From Rickettsiales bacterium (GTDB lineage: Bacteria > Pseudomonadota > Alphaproteobacteria > Rickettsiales > G965195355), in NCBI GenBank assembly GCA_965195355.1, contig OZ239627.1, forward strand, positions 540,239-604,238: a DNA stretch of 64,000 nucleotides, in the 5' to 3' direction. Each line of letters starts with the position of its first letter. The stretch's first letter is position 1. The notes below the pieces were generated by a model, which was not told the origin of the DNA, made no database searches, and was given only the letters and a program-made list of their open reading frames with translations. The position numbers and the translations under genes were made by a program. Of this stretch, positions 37,904 through 49,796 are shown in pieces.

Positions 37904-38686
37904 ATGGTCATAGATACACATTGTCATTTAGATATGATTGATCATAATCTTGATTTAGTGCTGGATCGGGCCAGATCTAATGGCGTGAAGAGATGTATTA
38001 CTATATCAACCTCTATAGAGAGCATAAGTCGCGTTCATGAGATCACAAATTTATATAGTAATGTATATTGTGCATTAGGAGTGCATCCATGTTATGTCAA
38101 TTCAGGAGAGAATCTTCCTGAGGATATGATTGAGAATTTTACTAATGCAGAGAATTCTAAGGTTGTTGCCATAGGGGAGACTGGAATAGATCGATATCAT
38201 AATGATGAAAACTTACATCATCAGAAATTAAGTTTCGTTCAGCATATAAATCTTGCGCGCAAATTAAATCTTCCCGTTGTGATTCATGCTCGTAATGCGG
38301 ATGAAGATGTAATATCAACGTTATTATATGAGTATAAAAGAGCGGAATTTTCAGGTATTTTACATTGCTTTGCTTCTGGCGAGAAACTTGCAAGAGTTGG
38401 AATAAATTTGAACATGTATATATCATTCTCCGGGATATTAACATACAATAATGCGGAAGAAGTTAGAAGAATAGCAGCTATGGTGCCACAGGATAAATTG
38501 TTGGTTGAAACTGATAGCCCTTATTTAATACCCAAGAAGTATCGAAAACATGGTATCAAGCACAATGAGCCATACTGTATAAAAGAGATACTCAGTATTC
38601 TGGCTACTATACATAACAAATCCGTGGAAGAAATGGATATCATAACAACTGAAAATTCCTACAAGGCCTTTCCAAGGATGCAATAA
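37904..38686 (+). CDS. tatD: TatD family deoxyribonuclease
   Basis: DTHCHL, GVHP, AIGETG, IHAR, ILHCF, LVETDSPYL. Confidence 0.94.
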   Translation: MVIDTHCHLDMIDHNLDLVLDRARSNGVKRCITISTSIESISRVHEITNLYSNVYCALGVHPCYVNSGENLPEDMIENFTNAENSKVVAIGETGIDRYHNDENLHHQKLSFVQHINLARKLNLPVVIHARNADEDVISTLLYEYKRAEFSGILHCFASGEKLARVGINLNMYISFSGILTYNNAEEVRRIAAMVPQDKLLVETDSPYLIPKKYRKHGIKHNEPYCIKEILSILATIHNKSVEEMDIITTENSYKAFPRMQ

Positions 38687-38688
38687 TT

Positions 38689-40422
<1,734 letters not shown>

Positions 40423-40508
40423 CTAATATGATACATCTCATTATATCTTTGAATACATTAAATATAAACCTCAATTCTTTCTTCACATTTGATATTGTTG
40501 GATGTACA

Positions 40509-42152
40509 ATGAAATCATACTTCTACTTCCCTATGGAAAATCCCAAAACACAACTTTTTGTCAATGCTAATGCATATGAGACTAGAGTATGTAGAATGGA
40601 TGGTGATGAGCTATCGGGATTTGACTGTGAACGTCGCAATGTTGCAAATATGGATTGCATATATATTGTCACTGTACAAAGAATTGAGCAGTCGCTCAAT
40701 GCGATATTTGTTGATTATGGTGGTGGTGATAAACAAGGATTTTTACAAATATCGGATCTTAATCCGTCTTATTGTGATTTAAGCAATGAATGTGATCATA
40801 GATCAAGAATTAATAAGGTAATCAGCAGCATTCCGCGTGGTACTATGTTGATAGCGCAAGTAATAAAAGAGCCAAGAGGAAACAAAGGGCCATCATTTTC
40901 TACTTATATCCATCTTTTCGGGGAATATCTGGTTCTGTCTGTGGATGCAAATGACGGAATATGCATCTCTGATAAGATCAATGATAACAAAGAAACGCAT
41001 AGACTTGAGAGCATTATAAGAGAATGTGCTTATGATAAGAATCATGGTATTATTGTGCGTACGGCAGCTAGTGGTATTTTAAAGAAAGACATTGATTCTG
41101 ATTTGGAGTATTTGTGTGAATTGTGGACGAAGATTCAGGTGATTGCGAGTAAGATGAAATGCCCGAGTATTTTGCACGAATCTGATAGAATGGTGAAAAA
41201 CCACATTTTAGATCTCCCAAATACAAGTGAAATAGTGATTGATAATTATGAAGAATATAAAAAAGTAAAAGACTTTGTTAAAAGATTTCGTCAGGACTTA
41301 CAAGTCAGATTGTATAGAGGGAAGACTGGAATGTTTTCACATTATAGAATTGAAAAAAATATCGATTCTTTATTCTCAAGTAGAGTGGATTTAAAATCAG
41401 GTGGATATTTAATACTTGACACTACTGAAGCGCTACATATCATTGATGTGAATTCTGGTAGTATAGCAGATTCTAAAAATGTTCATGAAACTGCAGAAAA
41501 AACCAACAAAGAAGCTGTATTAGAGATAGTAAGGCATGTAATATTGCGCAACATTGGTGGACTTATTGCAATTGATCTCATTGACATGGAGAACCCTAAA
41601 AGTAGATATGAAATTGAAAAATTACTACAAGAAAGCTTCAAAAGAGACAAAGCGAAACACACTATAGGTTCTATTAATGAATTTGGTATTGTTATTATAT
41701 CTCGACAACGACTCAAAAGAGGAATCATGGAATCTTGTGCGATTTTGTGCCCTAGATGTTCTGGCTCGGGATATATTAGATCTCCTGAGACTGCATTTGC
41801 TGGGATAATCACATCTATTGAAAATGAATTATTGAGTGGTGGTCCCGGTATCTTGATTGTGTACATGCATGATGACGTAATATCGTATATATTGAATCAT
41901 GGGAAGGCAATTTTAGTGGATATTGAATCTAGATTTGGCTCTAGTATTAGAATAGAAAAAGATGCTTCGTATGAAACTTCTCAATTTAGAGTAATACGCG
42001 ATAAAAATATCATTCCTTCCGATAGAAGGATTCAAATTACCTCTACAAATGTATCGCATATTATGCAATCTAATGAACACAAGAATGTGAATAATGATTC
42101 TTGGATACAAACCTGGATTAATTATGTCATTAGGAGTTTTAAGAAAAAATAA
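40509..42152 (+). CDS. rne: Ribonuclease E/G family endoribonuclease (start uncertain; ORF from 40428)
   Basis: S1 domain (FVDYG..QGFL, QVIKEPRGNKG), TEALHIIDVNSG, LRNIGGLIAID, SRQR, Zn-link CPRCSGSG. Confidence 0.9.
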   Translation: MKSYFYFPMENPKTQLFVNANAYETRVCRMDGDELSGFDCERRNVANMDCIYIVTVQRIEQSLNAIFVDYGGGDKQGFLQISDLNPSYCDLSNECDHRSRINKVISSIPRGTMLIAQVIKEPRGNKGPSFSTYIHLFGEYLVLSVDANDGICISDKINDNKETHRLESIIRECAYDKNHGIIVRTAASGILKKDIDSDLEYLCELWTKIQVIASKMKCPSILHESDRMVKNHILDLPNTSEIVIDNYEEYKKVKDFVKRFRQDLQVRLYRGKTGMFSHYRIEKNIDSLFSSRVDLKSGGYLILDTTEALHIIDVNSGSIADSKNVHETAEKTNKEAVLEIVRHVILRNIGGLIAIDLIDMENPKSRYEIEKLLQESFKRDKAKHTIGSINEFGIVIISRQRLKRGIMESCAILCPRCSGSGYIRSPETAFAGIITSIENELLSGGPGILIVYMHDDVISYILNHGKAILVDIESRFGSSIRIEKDASYETSQFRVIRDKNIIPSDRRIQITSTNVSHIMQSNEHKNVNNDSWIQTWINYVIRSFKKK

Positions 42153-43326
42153 TTCATCTTATATTCTTTCTCGAATGCGAGATTTAATATTAAATAAATG
42201 TGATGGTTTGGAGAAAGAGCCTTTTTTGTCGTGCGATATTAGATCCAATGCTTATAAAATTGCACCTGTGGATGCAAATTTTTTTCCCGCGGGATTTAAT
42301 AATTTTAATAACACTTCAGTTCAACTTGCAGTAACATTAATGCAGCAATATCTCTGTCGAACTTCTCCAAATGCTACCAAAATAGCAATCGTACCAGAGA
42401 ATTATACTAGAAATATTCGGTATTTAGAGAATATTGGAAGTATGAGAGATATTTTTCACCTTGCGGGATATCAATGTGAGATTATGAATCCATTCATTGA
42501 TGAAGCATTAAAAATTAATAGCATAAAAACTGGAGAATTCTCAATTTTTCCAATGACATGCCTTAATAATAGAGCTGTTGCACGTGAATTATTTGATCCA
42601 GATGTGCTCATAATCAACAATGATCTTCTTAGTAAGTCGTTATATGATATACTTCAAGATATAAATCAACAAGATATATTTCCAAACATAAGAACTGGGT
42701 GGTGCTGTAGAAAAAAAGATACTTACTTTCAATATTATAACTCTCTTGTGCATGAAATGTCAGAGTGTATTGGAATTGATCCATGGATGTTTACAGTTGA
42801 AACAAGAGTATGTGATGATGTTGATTTTATGGATGGTAGTGGCATGGATAGACTATCTGAGATCGTGGATCAACTTCTTCGTGATATCGCAATTGAATAT
42901 AAACGGCATAATATTACTGAAAAACCATATGTATTCATAAAATCTGATCATGGTACATATGGTATGGGTGTAGTTGCGGTGTTTGAAGCTAATGAAGTGT
43001 TGAACTTCAGTAGGAATGCTAGAAAAAAAATGCATACCGTTAAACACGGAACGCGTAATACGCGAGTTCTTGTGCAAGAAGGTATTAAAACAGACATCCA
43101 GGTTGGTAATTCTTATTCAGCAGAACACTTAGTGTACTATGTTAATTCTAGTGCATTTGGTAATTTAATGAGATATAACAAGAACAAGGATAATTTTATG
43201 AATTTAAATTCTATGGGTGCTGATTTCATTGATGTATCATCAGATACAATGAATCCATTATTGTCAATTGTGGTATTGTTATCAGAGGCGGCAGCTCGTT
43301 TAGAATATAATGATATAATTAGATAG
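42124..43326 (+). CDS. gshA: Glutamate-cysteine ligase, divergent ATP-grasp-like GshA type (start uncertain; ORF from 42094)
   Basis: DIR..YKIAPVDANFFPAGFNN, PENYTRN..Y, NND, IDPW, KSDHGTYGMGV, VQEG. Confidence 0.9.
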   Translation: MSLGVLRKNNSSYILSRMRDLILNKCDGLEKEPFLSCDIRSNAYKIAPVDANFFPAGFNNFNNTSVQLAVTLMQQYLCRTSPNATKIAIVPENYTRNIRYLENIGSMRDIFHLAGYQCEIMNPFIDEALKINSIKTGEFSIFPMTCLNNRAVARELFDPDVLIINNDLLSKSLYDILQDINQQDIFPNIRTGWCCRKKDTYFQYYNSLVHEMSECIGIDPWMFTVETRVCDDVDFMDGSGMDRLSEIVDQLLRDIAIEYKRHNITEKPYVFIKSDHGTYGMGVVAVFEANEVLNFSRNARKKMHTVKHGTRNTRVLVQEGIKTDIQVGNSYSAEHLVYYVNSSAFGNLMRYNKNKDNFMNLNSMGADFIDVSSDTMNPLLSIVVLLSEAAARLEYNDIIR

Positions 43327-43328
43327 GT

Positions 43329-44423
43329 ATGAATTTTCAAAATTTTGATTCTGCTTTGATTTTGCAAGATGGTGGTATATTTTACGGTTATGGTTTTGGT
43401 GCAAAAGCACCAACTTATGCAGAGATATGCTTTACCACTAGTATGTCTGGTTATCAACATACTATAACAGATCCATCATTTGCTGCGCAGATTATAGTTT
43501 TCACATTTCCACATATAGGAAATGTTGGAATCAATATATTGGATAATGAACGAGAAATTATACACGCAAAAGGAATTGTAATTCGTGAAAATATCATTGA
43601 GACAAATCATCATCATAATGCTATGAATCTTATTGATTGGATGAAACAATATGATATTGCTGGATTATATGGTGTTGATACTAGGGAAATTGCGCGTCAT
43701 ATAATAAACAAGGGTCCACAAAATGGGATTATCATACATTGCGATGAATCAACAGATTTAAAAGAGACAATATCTGGATTAAATTCAATGAAATATAGTG
43801 ATGTAGATTTGGTATATCATACGAGATGCAATGATACTAATGTTTTCAATGAAACTGGAGATAAAAATATTGTTGTTGTAGACTGTGGATTGAAATATGG
43901 GATATCTCGTACATTAAAAGATATGAATCATCGCGTTGTAATAGAGCCACTTCGCAAAGGATGCGCACAAGATATTTTGAATCATAATCCAGATGGTATC
44001 GTGATCTCTAATGGCCCAGGAGATCCTGAAAGGATTATGAATTATGCAAAGAGTGAGATTATTGCATTAATTGAATCTGGAGTACCAATATTCTGTATAT
44101 GCTTGGGTCATCAGATCATGGCTCTATCTCTTGGATGTAAGACAAAAAAAATGATGAATCCACATCGCGGAGCAAATCATCCGGTATATGACATTGCATT
44201 AAATAGAGTAATCGTTACTAGTCAAAATCATGGTTATGTTATAGATCAAGATACAATCCCAGATAATATTGAGATAACCCACACATCTCTATTTGATAAA
44301 TCTATTGAAGGGTTTAAAGTCAAAGATATGAATATATATTCAGTTCAGTTTCATCCAGAGGGTTCACCAGGTCCAGATGATGCAAAGTATTTATTTGAGG
44401 AGTTCATAGAACGATTAGATTGA
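43329..44423 (+). CDS. carA: Carbamoyl-phosphate synthase small subunit
   Basis: GYQHTITDPS, SNGPGDP, ICLGHQ, HRGANHPV, SQNHG, QFHPEGSPGP. Confidence 0.97.
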   Translation: MNFQNFDSALILQDGGIFYGYGFGAKAPTYAEICFTTSMSGYQHTITDPSFAAQIIVFTFPHIGNVGINILDNEREIIHAKGIVIRENIIETNHHHNAMNLIDWMKQYDIAGLYGVDTREIARHIINKGPQNGIIIHCDESTDLKETISGLNSMKYSDVDLVYHTRCNDTNVFNETGDKNIVVVDCGLKYGISRTLKDMNHRVVIEPLRKGCAQDILNHNPDGIVISNGPGDPERIMNYAKSEIIALIESGVPIFCICLGHQIMALSLGCKTKKMMNPHRGANHPVYDIALNRVIVTSQNHGYVIDQDTIPDNIEITHTSLFDKSIEGFKVKDMNIYSVQFHPEGSPGPDDAKYLFEEFIERLD

Positions 44424-44486
44424 TCATATAGTTTAACTATATCGAAATGTTGATGAGTAATGATTTGTTATATATATTGGTTATAT

Positions 44487-45464
44487 ATGACTATAGGAAT
44501 AGATCAATTATTATCGGTTGCATCTGAGCGTGGTGCTGATTATTTATATCTTTGCATTGGAGTGCCTCCAACCATTAGAATATGCAATGTGATACATAAA
44601 TTACAATCTCCTGCTATTGAATCTTTAGATGAAACAGTGAAGGATTTAACCAATAATCAAAGCTTTGATTATGTATTTAATGGCATATATATATTTAATG
44701 CGATGGAAATTGATGTGACAATCATCAAAACAATATCATCATTTAAGATCTCATTAAGATTTTATCCAAAGTATCAGATACGAATTTCTGATTTATATTT
44801 ACCAAATCAAGTAGAGGATTTGTTAAAGCATGAAAGTGGTCTTGTTGTAATGTCCAGTAAAATATGTGGTGGTCGTTCTACTACAATGTGTGCGATAGCA
44901 AAATCTCAAGAAAACTCAATCATAATAAGTCAAGATCATAGCATCTCATCTTTGAATCTTCCAAAGCATTGTGATCAGCAGATGAAATTATTAAATGCAA
45001 TCAAAAAAATGAATTCACGATTTATTCTTATTGACTTTGATTTAACTCATCAAGTGTTACATGAAATATGTAACATTGTACACGAAGGATTTTTAGTAAT
45101 TGTGAGTATTTCTGCGAGATCAGCTACAAGTGCATTAATGCGCATATTAAATATAGCATCACATGATGCTCGAGATTTATTAATGCATTCTTTATTGGGT
45201 GTCATACATCAAGATTTAAAAATATGTACAAATGGTAGGGATTATGTACCGTTGATGGAGGTTATAAGAATGAATAGCATGATACGAAGCATGTTATTTG
45301 ACAATAAATTAAAGAATATTGATTCCATTATTAACGGTGATACTAATGGTGATATGTTATCTCGTAAAATGCATCTTGATATGCTAATGGAAAAAGGATT
45401 ATTTTCTTCGGATTCAATTACATTGAATCATTTACCTAATGCAATGCAAGAGAGTGATTTTTAG
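44487..45464 (+). CDS. Degenerate PilT-like retraction ATPase (catalytic motifs lost)
   Basis: IDQLL..ASERGA.YL.IGVPPTIRI matches the PilT N-terminus; GLVVMSSKICGGRSTT sits at Walker A and MIRSMLFD at the AIRNLIRE position. Confidence 0.75.
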   Translation: MTIGIDQLLSVASERGADYLYLCIGVPPTIRICNVIHKLQSPAIESLDETVKDLTNNQSFDYVFNGIYIFNAMEIDVTIIKTISSFKISLRFYPKYQIRISDLYLPNQVEDLLKHESGLVVMSSKICGGRSTTMCAIAKSQENSIIISQDHSISSLNLPKHCDQQMKLLNAIKKMNSRFILIDFDLTHQVLHEICNIVHEGFLVIVSISARSATSALMRILNIASHDARDLLMHSLLGVIHQDLKICTNGRDYVPLMEVIRMNSMIRSMLFDNKLKNIDSIINGDTNGDMLSRKMHLDMLMEKGLFSSDSITLNHLPNAMQESDF

Positions 45465-45475
45465 ATGGTTGAAAT

Positions 45476-47101
45476 ATGAAAATTTGTATTGCTCAAATTA
45501 ATTATTGCGTTGGTGATGTTGTAGGAAATTGTGAAAGAATTCAAGATATATATCGCCAAGCTAATTCAAATGGTGCAAATATTGTGATTTTCTCTGAAAT
45601 GTCTGTTACGGGGTACCCAGCAGATGATCTTCTGTGTCGATCTTCTTTTCGTGCTAAAACAATCAATGCGATTGATGCGTTATCTAGAATTACAAATCAT
45701 AACACAATTATGATTGTTGGTGGTGTATATATGCATGATTCATGTTTGTACAATGCTGCGTTTGTTATGCAAGATGGTGCAATACAAAATGTTGTGACAA
45801 AATCAACGCTGTCATATCGTGATGTATTTGATGAATATAGAACATTAAAAAAAGGTCATAATAATAATCCAATATTAATTGATGGGATTCGTATTAATCT
45901 TAGGATCTGTGAGGATATATGGAGAGGTGATCCACCAGAAGAAAATTATGACATAACAATTGCAATGAATGCATCTCCATATTATGACGGGAGATTACAA
46001 GAGAGATTTAATCGAGTAAAAGAATACTGTTTAAAATCTTCACGCCCTTTGATATATGTGAATCAAGTTGGAGGTCAAGATGAATTAGTGTTTGATGGCG
46101 GTTCTTTCATTGCAAATAAGAGTGGTAGCGTTGTATCTATATTACCAGAATTTGAAGAAGCAATTGAATATAGTGAGTGGCAGAAGATTAATGGTGATAT
46201 GAGATGCATGGATGGAATATATATTGAATCAGAAAATTCCATTGCGACTAGGTATCATGCACTGATTTTAAGTCTACAAGATTACATTCACAAGAATGAT
46301 ATATCAGGTGTATTAGTAGGAGTTTCTGGCGGAATTGATTCTGCATTATGTACTACATTGGCAGTAGATGCTCTGGGACAAAATAAAGTGCGTGCAGTGA
46401 TGATGCCATCTCAATATACTACAGAAGACAGTAAGAATGATGCTCAGAATTTAATCAAGAATCTTAATATTCAGCATGATATTATAGCAATAGATACGAT
46501 TTATGATAGATATCTCGAATCTTTAAGGGATGTATTTAGATATCATAAAGCGGATATTACTGAGGAGAATCTTCAAGCACGAATCCGAGGTGATCTTTTA
46601 ATGGCACTGAGCAATAAAACAGGGTACTTAGTGTTATCTACTGGGAATAAATCTGAATTAGCCACGGGTTATTCGACTATATATGGAGATATGTGTGGTG
46701 GTTTTTCTCCATTAAAAGATGTATACAAAACTTCAGTATATGAATTATCGGTATACCGCAATGTCATCATTCCTCAATATTCAATTTCGCAAGATGTTAT
46801 TGAGCCGATACCAGTGAATATACTCAAGAAAGCTCCGTCTGCAGAATTGCGACATAACCAAAAAGATTCTGACACGCTACCACCGTATAATGTGCTTGAC
46901 AATATTTTAAAAAATTTAATTGAAGACTCGATGTCTGTAGATAATATCAGTATTCACAACAAAGATCTTGTGAGAAAGATTGCAAATATGATTAAGAGAG
47001 CAGAATTCAAGCGCTCTCAAGCTCCAGTTGGTCCGAAACTCACCAAACTCTCATTTGGGAGAGAGTGGAGATATCCAATTACAAGTAGAAGCGAGATGTA
47101 A
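45476..47101 (+). CDS. nadE: Glutamine-dependent NAD+ synthetase
   Basis: Nitrilase domain (FSEM..GYP, ICEDIW, NQVGGQDELVFDGGS) plus SGGIDS, ENLQARIRG, TGNKSE, PSAEL. Confidence 0.97.
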   Translation: MKICIAQINYCVGDVVGNCERIQDIYRQANSNGANIVIFSEMSVTGYPADDLLCRSSFRAKTINAIDALSRITNHNTIMIVGGVYMHDSCLYNAAFVMQDGAIQNVVTKSTLSYRDVFDEYRTLKKGHNNNPILIDGIRINLRICEDIWRGDPPEENYDITIAMNASPYYDGRLQERFNRVKEYCLKSSRPLIYVNQVGGQDELVFDGGSFIANKSGSVVSILPEFEEAIEYSEWQKINGDMRCMDGIYIESENSIATRYHALILSLQDYIHKNDISGVLVGVSGGIDSALCTTLAVDALGQNKVRAVMMPSQYTTEDSKNDAQNLIKNLNIQHDIIAIDTIYDRYLESLRDVFRYHKADITEENLQARIRGDLLMALSNKTGYLVLSTGNKSELATGYSTIYGDMCGGFSPLKDVYKTSVYELSVYRNVIIPQYSISQDVIEPIPVNILKKAPSAELRHNQKDSDTLPPYNVLDNILKNLIEDSMSVDNISIHNKDLVRKIANMIKRAEFKRSQAPVGPKLTKLSFGREWRYPITSRSEM

Positions 47102-47171
47102 AGCTTGAATATTTAAGCAACAGCAGCTACTTCTGGTGCATGCGCAACAGCAAATATTTGTCGAGCACCAC

Positions 47172-47194
47172 AAGCACTGGTTAAGCACTGGTTA
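47172..47194. repeat. 11-nt tandem duplication that creates the stop codon of ORF 47579
   Basis: agcactggtta x2 (47173-47183, 47184-47194). Confidence 0.9.
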
Positions 47195-47579
47195 GTTGGA
47201 TGCGACGATGAGATCCAATGTGATAATCCACTTCATCCGTGAGATCCCTATCACCTTGCATGACAGCGATTTGAACACCAATTCTCATTGCAACTTCTGG
47301 GTCATTCTTCGCAAGAGCAAACATCGCAGCAGACGCGACAAGAGCATCATATGCATTTTCAGAATATTGTAATTGTCCATCAGCTGTAAATATAGTAGAA
47401 TCCCCTGACTCCAGAAAACCTTCTTGTCGCATAAAATTTAATATCCCTGCAGCTTGTTGTTTTTCGTGTTCATTAGCACGTTCAATTCTAAGTTTATTTA
47501 TCAAATGTAATATATAATCACCACAAGCGTCTATTACTGACGAAAGATTTATTGAATTTTCTGTTATATCTTTTGCCAT
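47181..47579 (-). CDS. Orphan protein, apparently C-terminally truncated by a micro-duplication
   Basis: 132 aa; own promoter; GGT 8 nt before the ATG. Confidence 0.7.
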   Translation of the reverse strand: MAKDITENSINLSSVIDACGDYILHLINKLRIERANEHEKQQAAGILNFMRQEGFLESGDSTIFTADGQLQYSENAYDALVASAAMFALAKNDPEVAMRIGVQIAVMQGDRDLTDEVDYHIGSHRRIQLTSA

Positions 47580-47608
47580 ATCACAATACCAATCTAAATA
47601 TTAAATCC

Positions 47609-47637
47609 AATATAGTTGATATTATATCTGATGTCAA
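47609..47637 (-). promoter_or_regulatory. Putative sigma70 promoter for ORF 47579
   Basis: Minus strand TTGACA-17 nt-TATATT. Confidence 0.65.
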
Positions 47638-47717
47638 TTACTAGATGAAAAAACATTGTATCTTGCTTGCGTTGGGATCATCAGATAGCATGTTTCCTAT
47701 TCTTGAATTGAAAATTT

Positions 47718-48896
47718 ATGCCATCCATACATGAACATCAAGCAAAAGATTATTTCAAGCAATATGGTATTCCTATATTGTATGGTCAAGTTGTATACAA
47801 TGAATCTCAAATTGACATGGCAATAGATGATGTGATGTCGAGATCTGAGAGTGATGTTGTTGTAGTGAAAGCGCAAATACATGCTGGTGGACGTGGTTTA
47901 GGTGGCGGTGTTAAAGTATGTAAATCTATTGAAGATGCTCAGCAGAGAGCGCGCGAAATCTTGGGTATGAATCTTGTGACCAAGCAAACCGGTCCCGAGG
48001 GAAAGATTGTGAGGCGTGTGTATATTGAATCAGGATGTGATATTCAAGATGAATATTATCTGAGTTTGGTTGTTGATCGAGCAAATGAATGTCTTTCGTT
48101 TGTTGTGTCTACTGAAGGTGGTATGAATATTGAAGATGTAGCTCATGACTCACCAGAAAAAATTCTCAATGAGAAGATTGATCCGATAAATGAGCTGAAT
48201 GATCAAAATATATCAAACATTATTTCTGCCTTGAACGTTCATGATTCTCTTCAAATAGAAGAATTATCTCAAATTGTTAAATCTCTGTATAAATTTGCAC
48301 AAGAAAAGGATGTTAATCAGATAGAAATCAATCCTCTCGTGAGAACGAAAAGAGGAAATTTCATTGCTCTTGATGCTAAGGTCGAATTTGATGATAATGC
48401 AACTTATAAGCATCCGGATGTATTGGAATTACATGATCCCAATGAAGTTAATAGCGTGGAATTTGAAGCTAGTAGTGTAGGATTAAATTATATACAAGTA
48501 GACGGCAACATTGGATGCATGGTCAATGGCGCTGGTCTAGCAATGGCAACTATGGATACTGTAAAACATTGTGGAGGTAATCCGGCAAATTTCCTGGATG
48601 TTGGTGGTGGCGCAAATCAAGAAATGGTAGAGAAGGCATTAAAAATGATCACGTCTGATGACAGTGTTAATTCTATATTTGTGAATATTTTTGGTGGAAT
48701 TGTAAAGTGCGACATGATAGCAACAGCAATTGTTGAGGGGGTGAAGAGTAGTGGTATATCTCTACCTATGATAGTGAGATTGCAAGGTACAAATTCTGAA
48801 GAAGGTAGAAGGATTGTCATGGAATCAGGTCTTGGTATGATATACGTAGATGATTTCTTGGAAGCTGCTAAGAAGGCAGTGAAGTTAGCAAGTTAA
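47718..48896 (+). CDS. sucC: Succinyl-CoA synthetase beta subunit
   Basis: IHEHQAK, VKAQIHAGGRGLGGGV, EINPL, DDNA, GCMVNGAGLAMATMD, ANFLDVGGG. Confidence 0.98.
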   Translation: MPSIHEHQAKDYFKQYGIPILYGQVVYNESQIDMAIDDVMSRSESDVVVVKAQIHAGGRGLGGGVKVCKSIEDAQQRAREILGMNLVTKQTGPEGKIVRRVYIESGCDIQDEYYLSLVVDRANECLSFVVSTEGGMNIEDVAHDSPEKILNEKIDPINELNDQNISNIISALNVHDSLQIEELSQIVKSLYKFAQEKDVNQIEINPLVRTKRGNFIALDAKVEFDDNATYKHPDVLELHDPNEVNSVEFEASSVGLNYIQVDGNIGCMVNGAGLAMATMDTVKHCGGNPANFLDVGGGANQEMVEKALKMITSDDSVNSIFVNIFGGIVKCDMIATAIVEGVKSSGISLPMIVRLQGTNSEEGRRIVMESGLGMIYVDDFLEAAKKAVKLAS

Positions 48897-48907
48897 GGTA
48901 TTAAATA

Positions 48908-49789
48908 ATGTCAATATTGATTAATAAGGATACGCGTGTTGTATGTCAGGGTATGACTGGTAAGAATGGTACTTTTCATACTCAACAATGCTTGAGTTAT
49001 GGGACCAAGATAGTGGCGGGTGTGAATCCAAGTAAAGCTGGTACCACCCACCTTGGTGTCGCTGTATATGGATCTGTCGCAGATGCAGTTGAACATCAAC
49101 GTGCAAATGTAAGTGTAATATATGTTCCTGCAAAATTCGCAGCAGCAGCAATATTAGAAGCTGCAGAAGCAGGTATTGAATTGGTAATTTGCATCACTGA
49201 AGGTATACCTGTGCATGATATGATTCATGTTAAAGCGCGTTTAAATCAATTAGGTACTAAGTTAATTGGGCCAAATTGTCCAGGTATTATCACTCCAGGA
49301 GAGTGTAAAATTGGTATTATGCCTGGGTATATACACAATCCTGGTAGGGTTGGAATTGTATCTAGATCTGGTACTTTGACATATGAAGCGGTGGATCAAG
49401 TAACGAAAGTAGGTCTGGGTCAAAGTACGTGTGTTGGTGTTGGTGGAGATCCGGTTCATGGTCTTAGTATATTGGATACAGTGAAGATGTTTATTGCAGA
49501 TGCACAAACGGATGTTATTGTCATGATTGGCGAAATTGGTGGATCAGAAGAAGAAGATGTGGCAGAATATATTAATAAAGTTGGATGTATAAAGCCAATA
49601 GTTGGATTTATTGCTGGTGCTACTGCTCCGCCAGGGAGAAGAATGGGTCATGCTGGTGCTATTGTTATGGGCAATAAAGGCACCGCTCAGGGAAAAATAT
49701 CTGCATTGATGAATGTTGGTGTGTATGTTGCCAATACAGCAAATAAAATTGGTGCGATTGTGAAACAGGTTACGGAAAGTAAAGAATAA
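48908..49789 (+). CDS. sucD: Succinyl-CoA synthetase alpha subunit
   Basis: [41 protein letters not shown]. Confidence 0.98.
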   Translation: MSILINKDTRVVCQGMTGKNGTFHTQQCLSYGTKIVAGVNPSKAGTTHLGVAVYGSVADAVEHQRANVSVIYVPAKFAAAAILEAAEAGIELVICITEGIPVHDMIHVKARLNQLGTKLIGPNCPGIITPGECKIGIMPGYIHNPGRVGIVSRSGTLTYEAVDQVTKVGLGQSTCVGVGGDPVHGLSILDTVKMFIADAQTDVIVMIGEIGGSEEEDVAEYINKVGCIKPIVGFIAGATAPPGRRMGHAGAIVMGNKGTAQGKISALMNVGVYVANTANKIGAIVKQVTESKE

Positions 49790-49796
49790 GGTTGGC

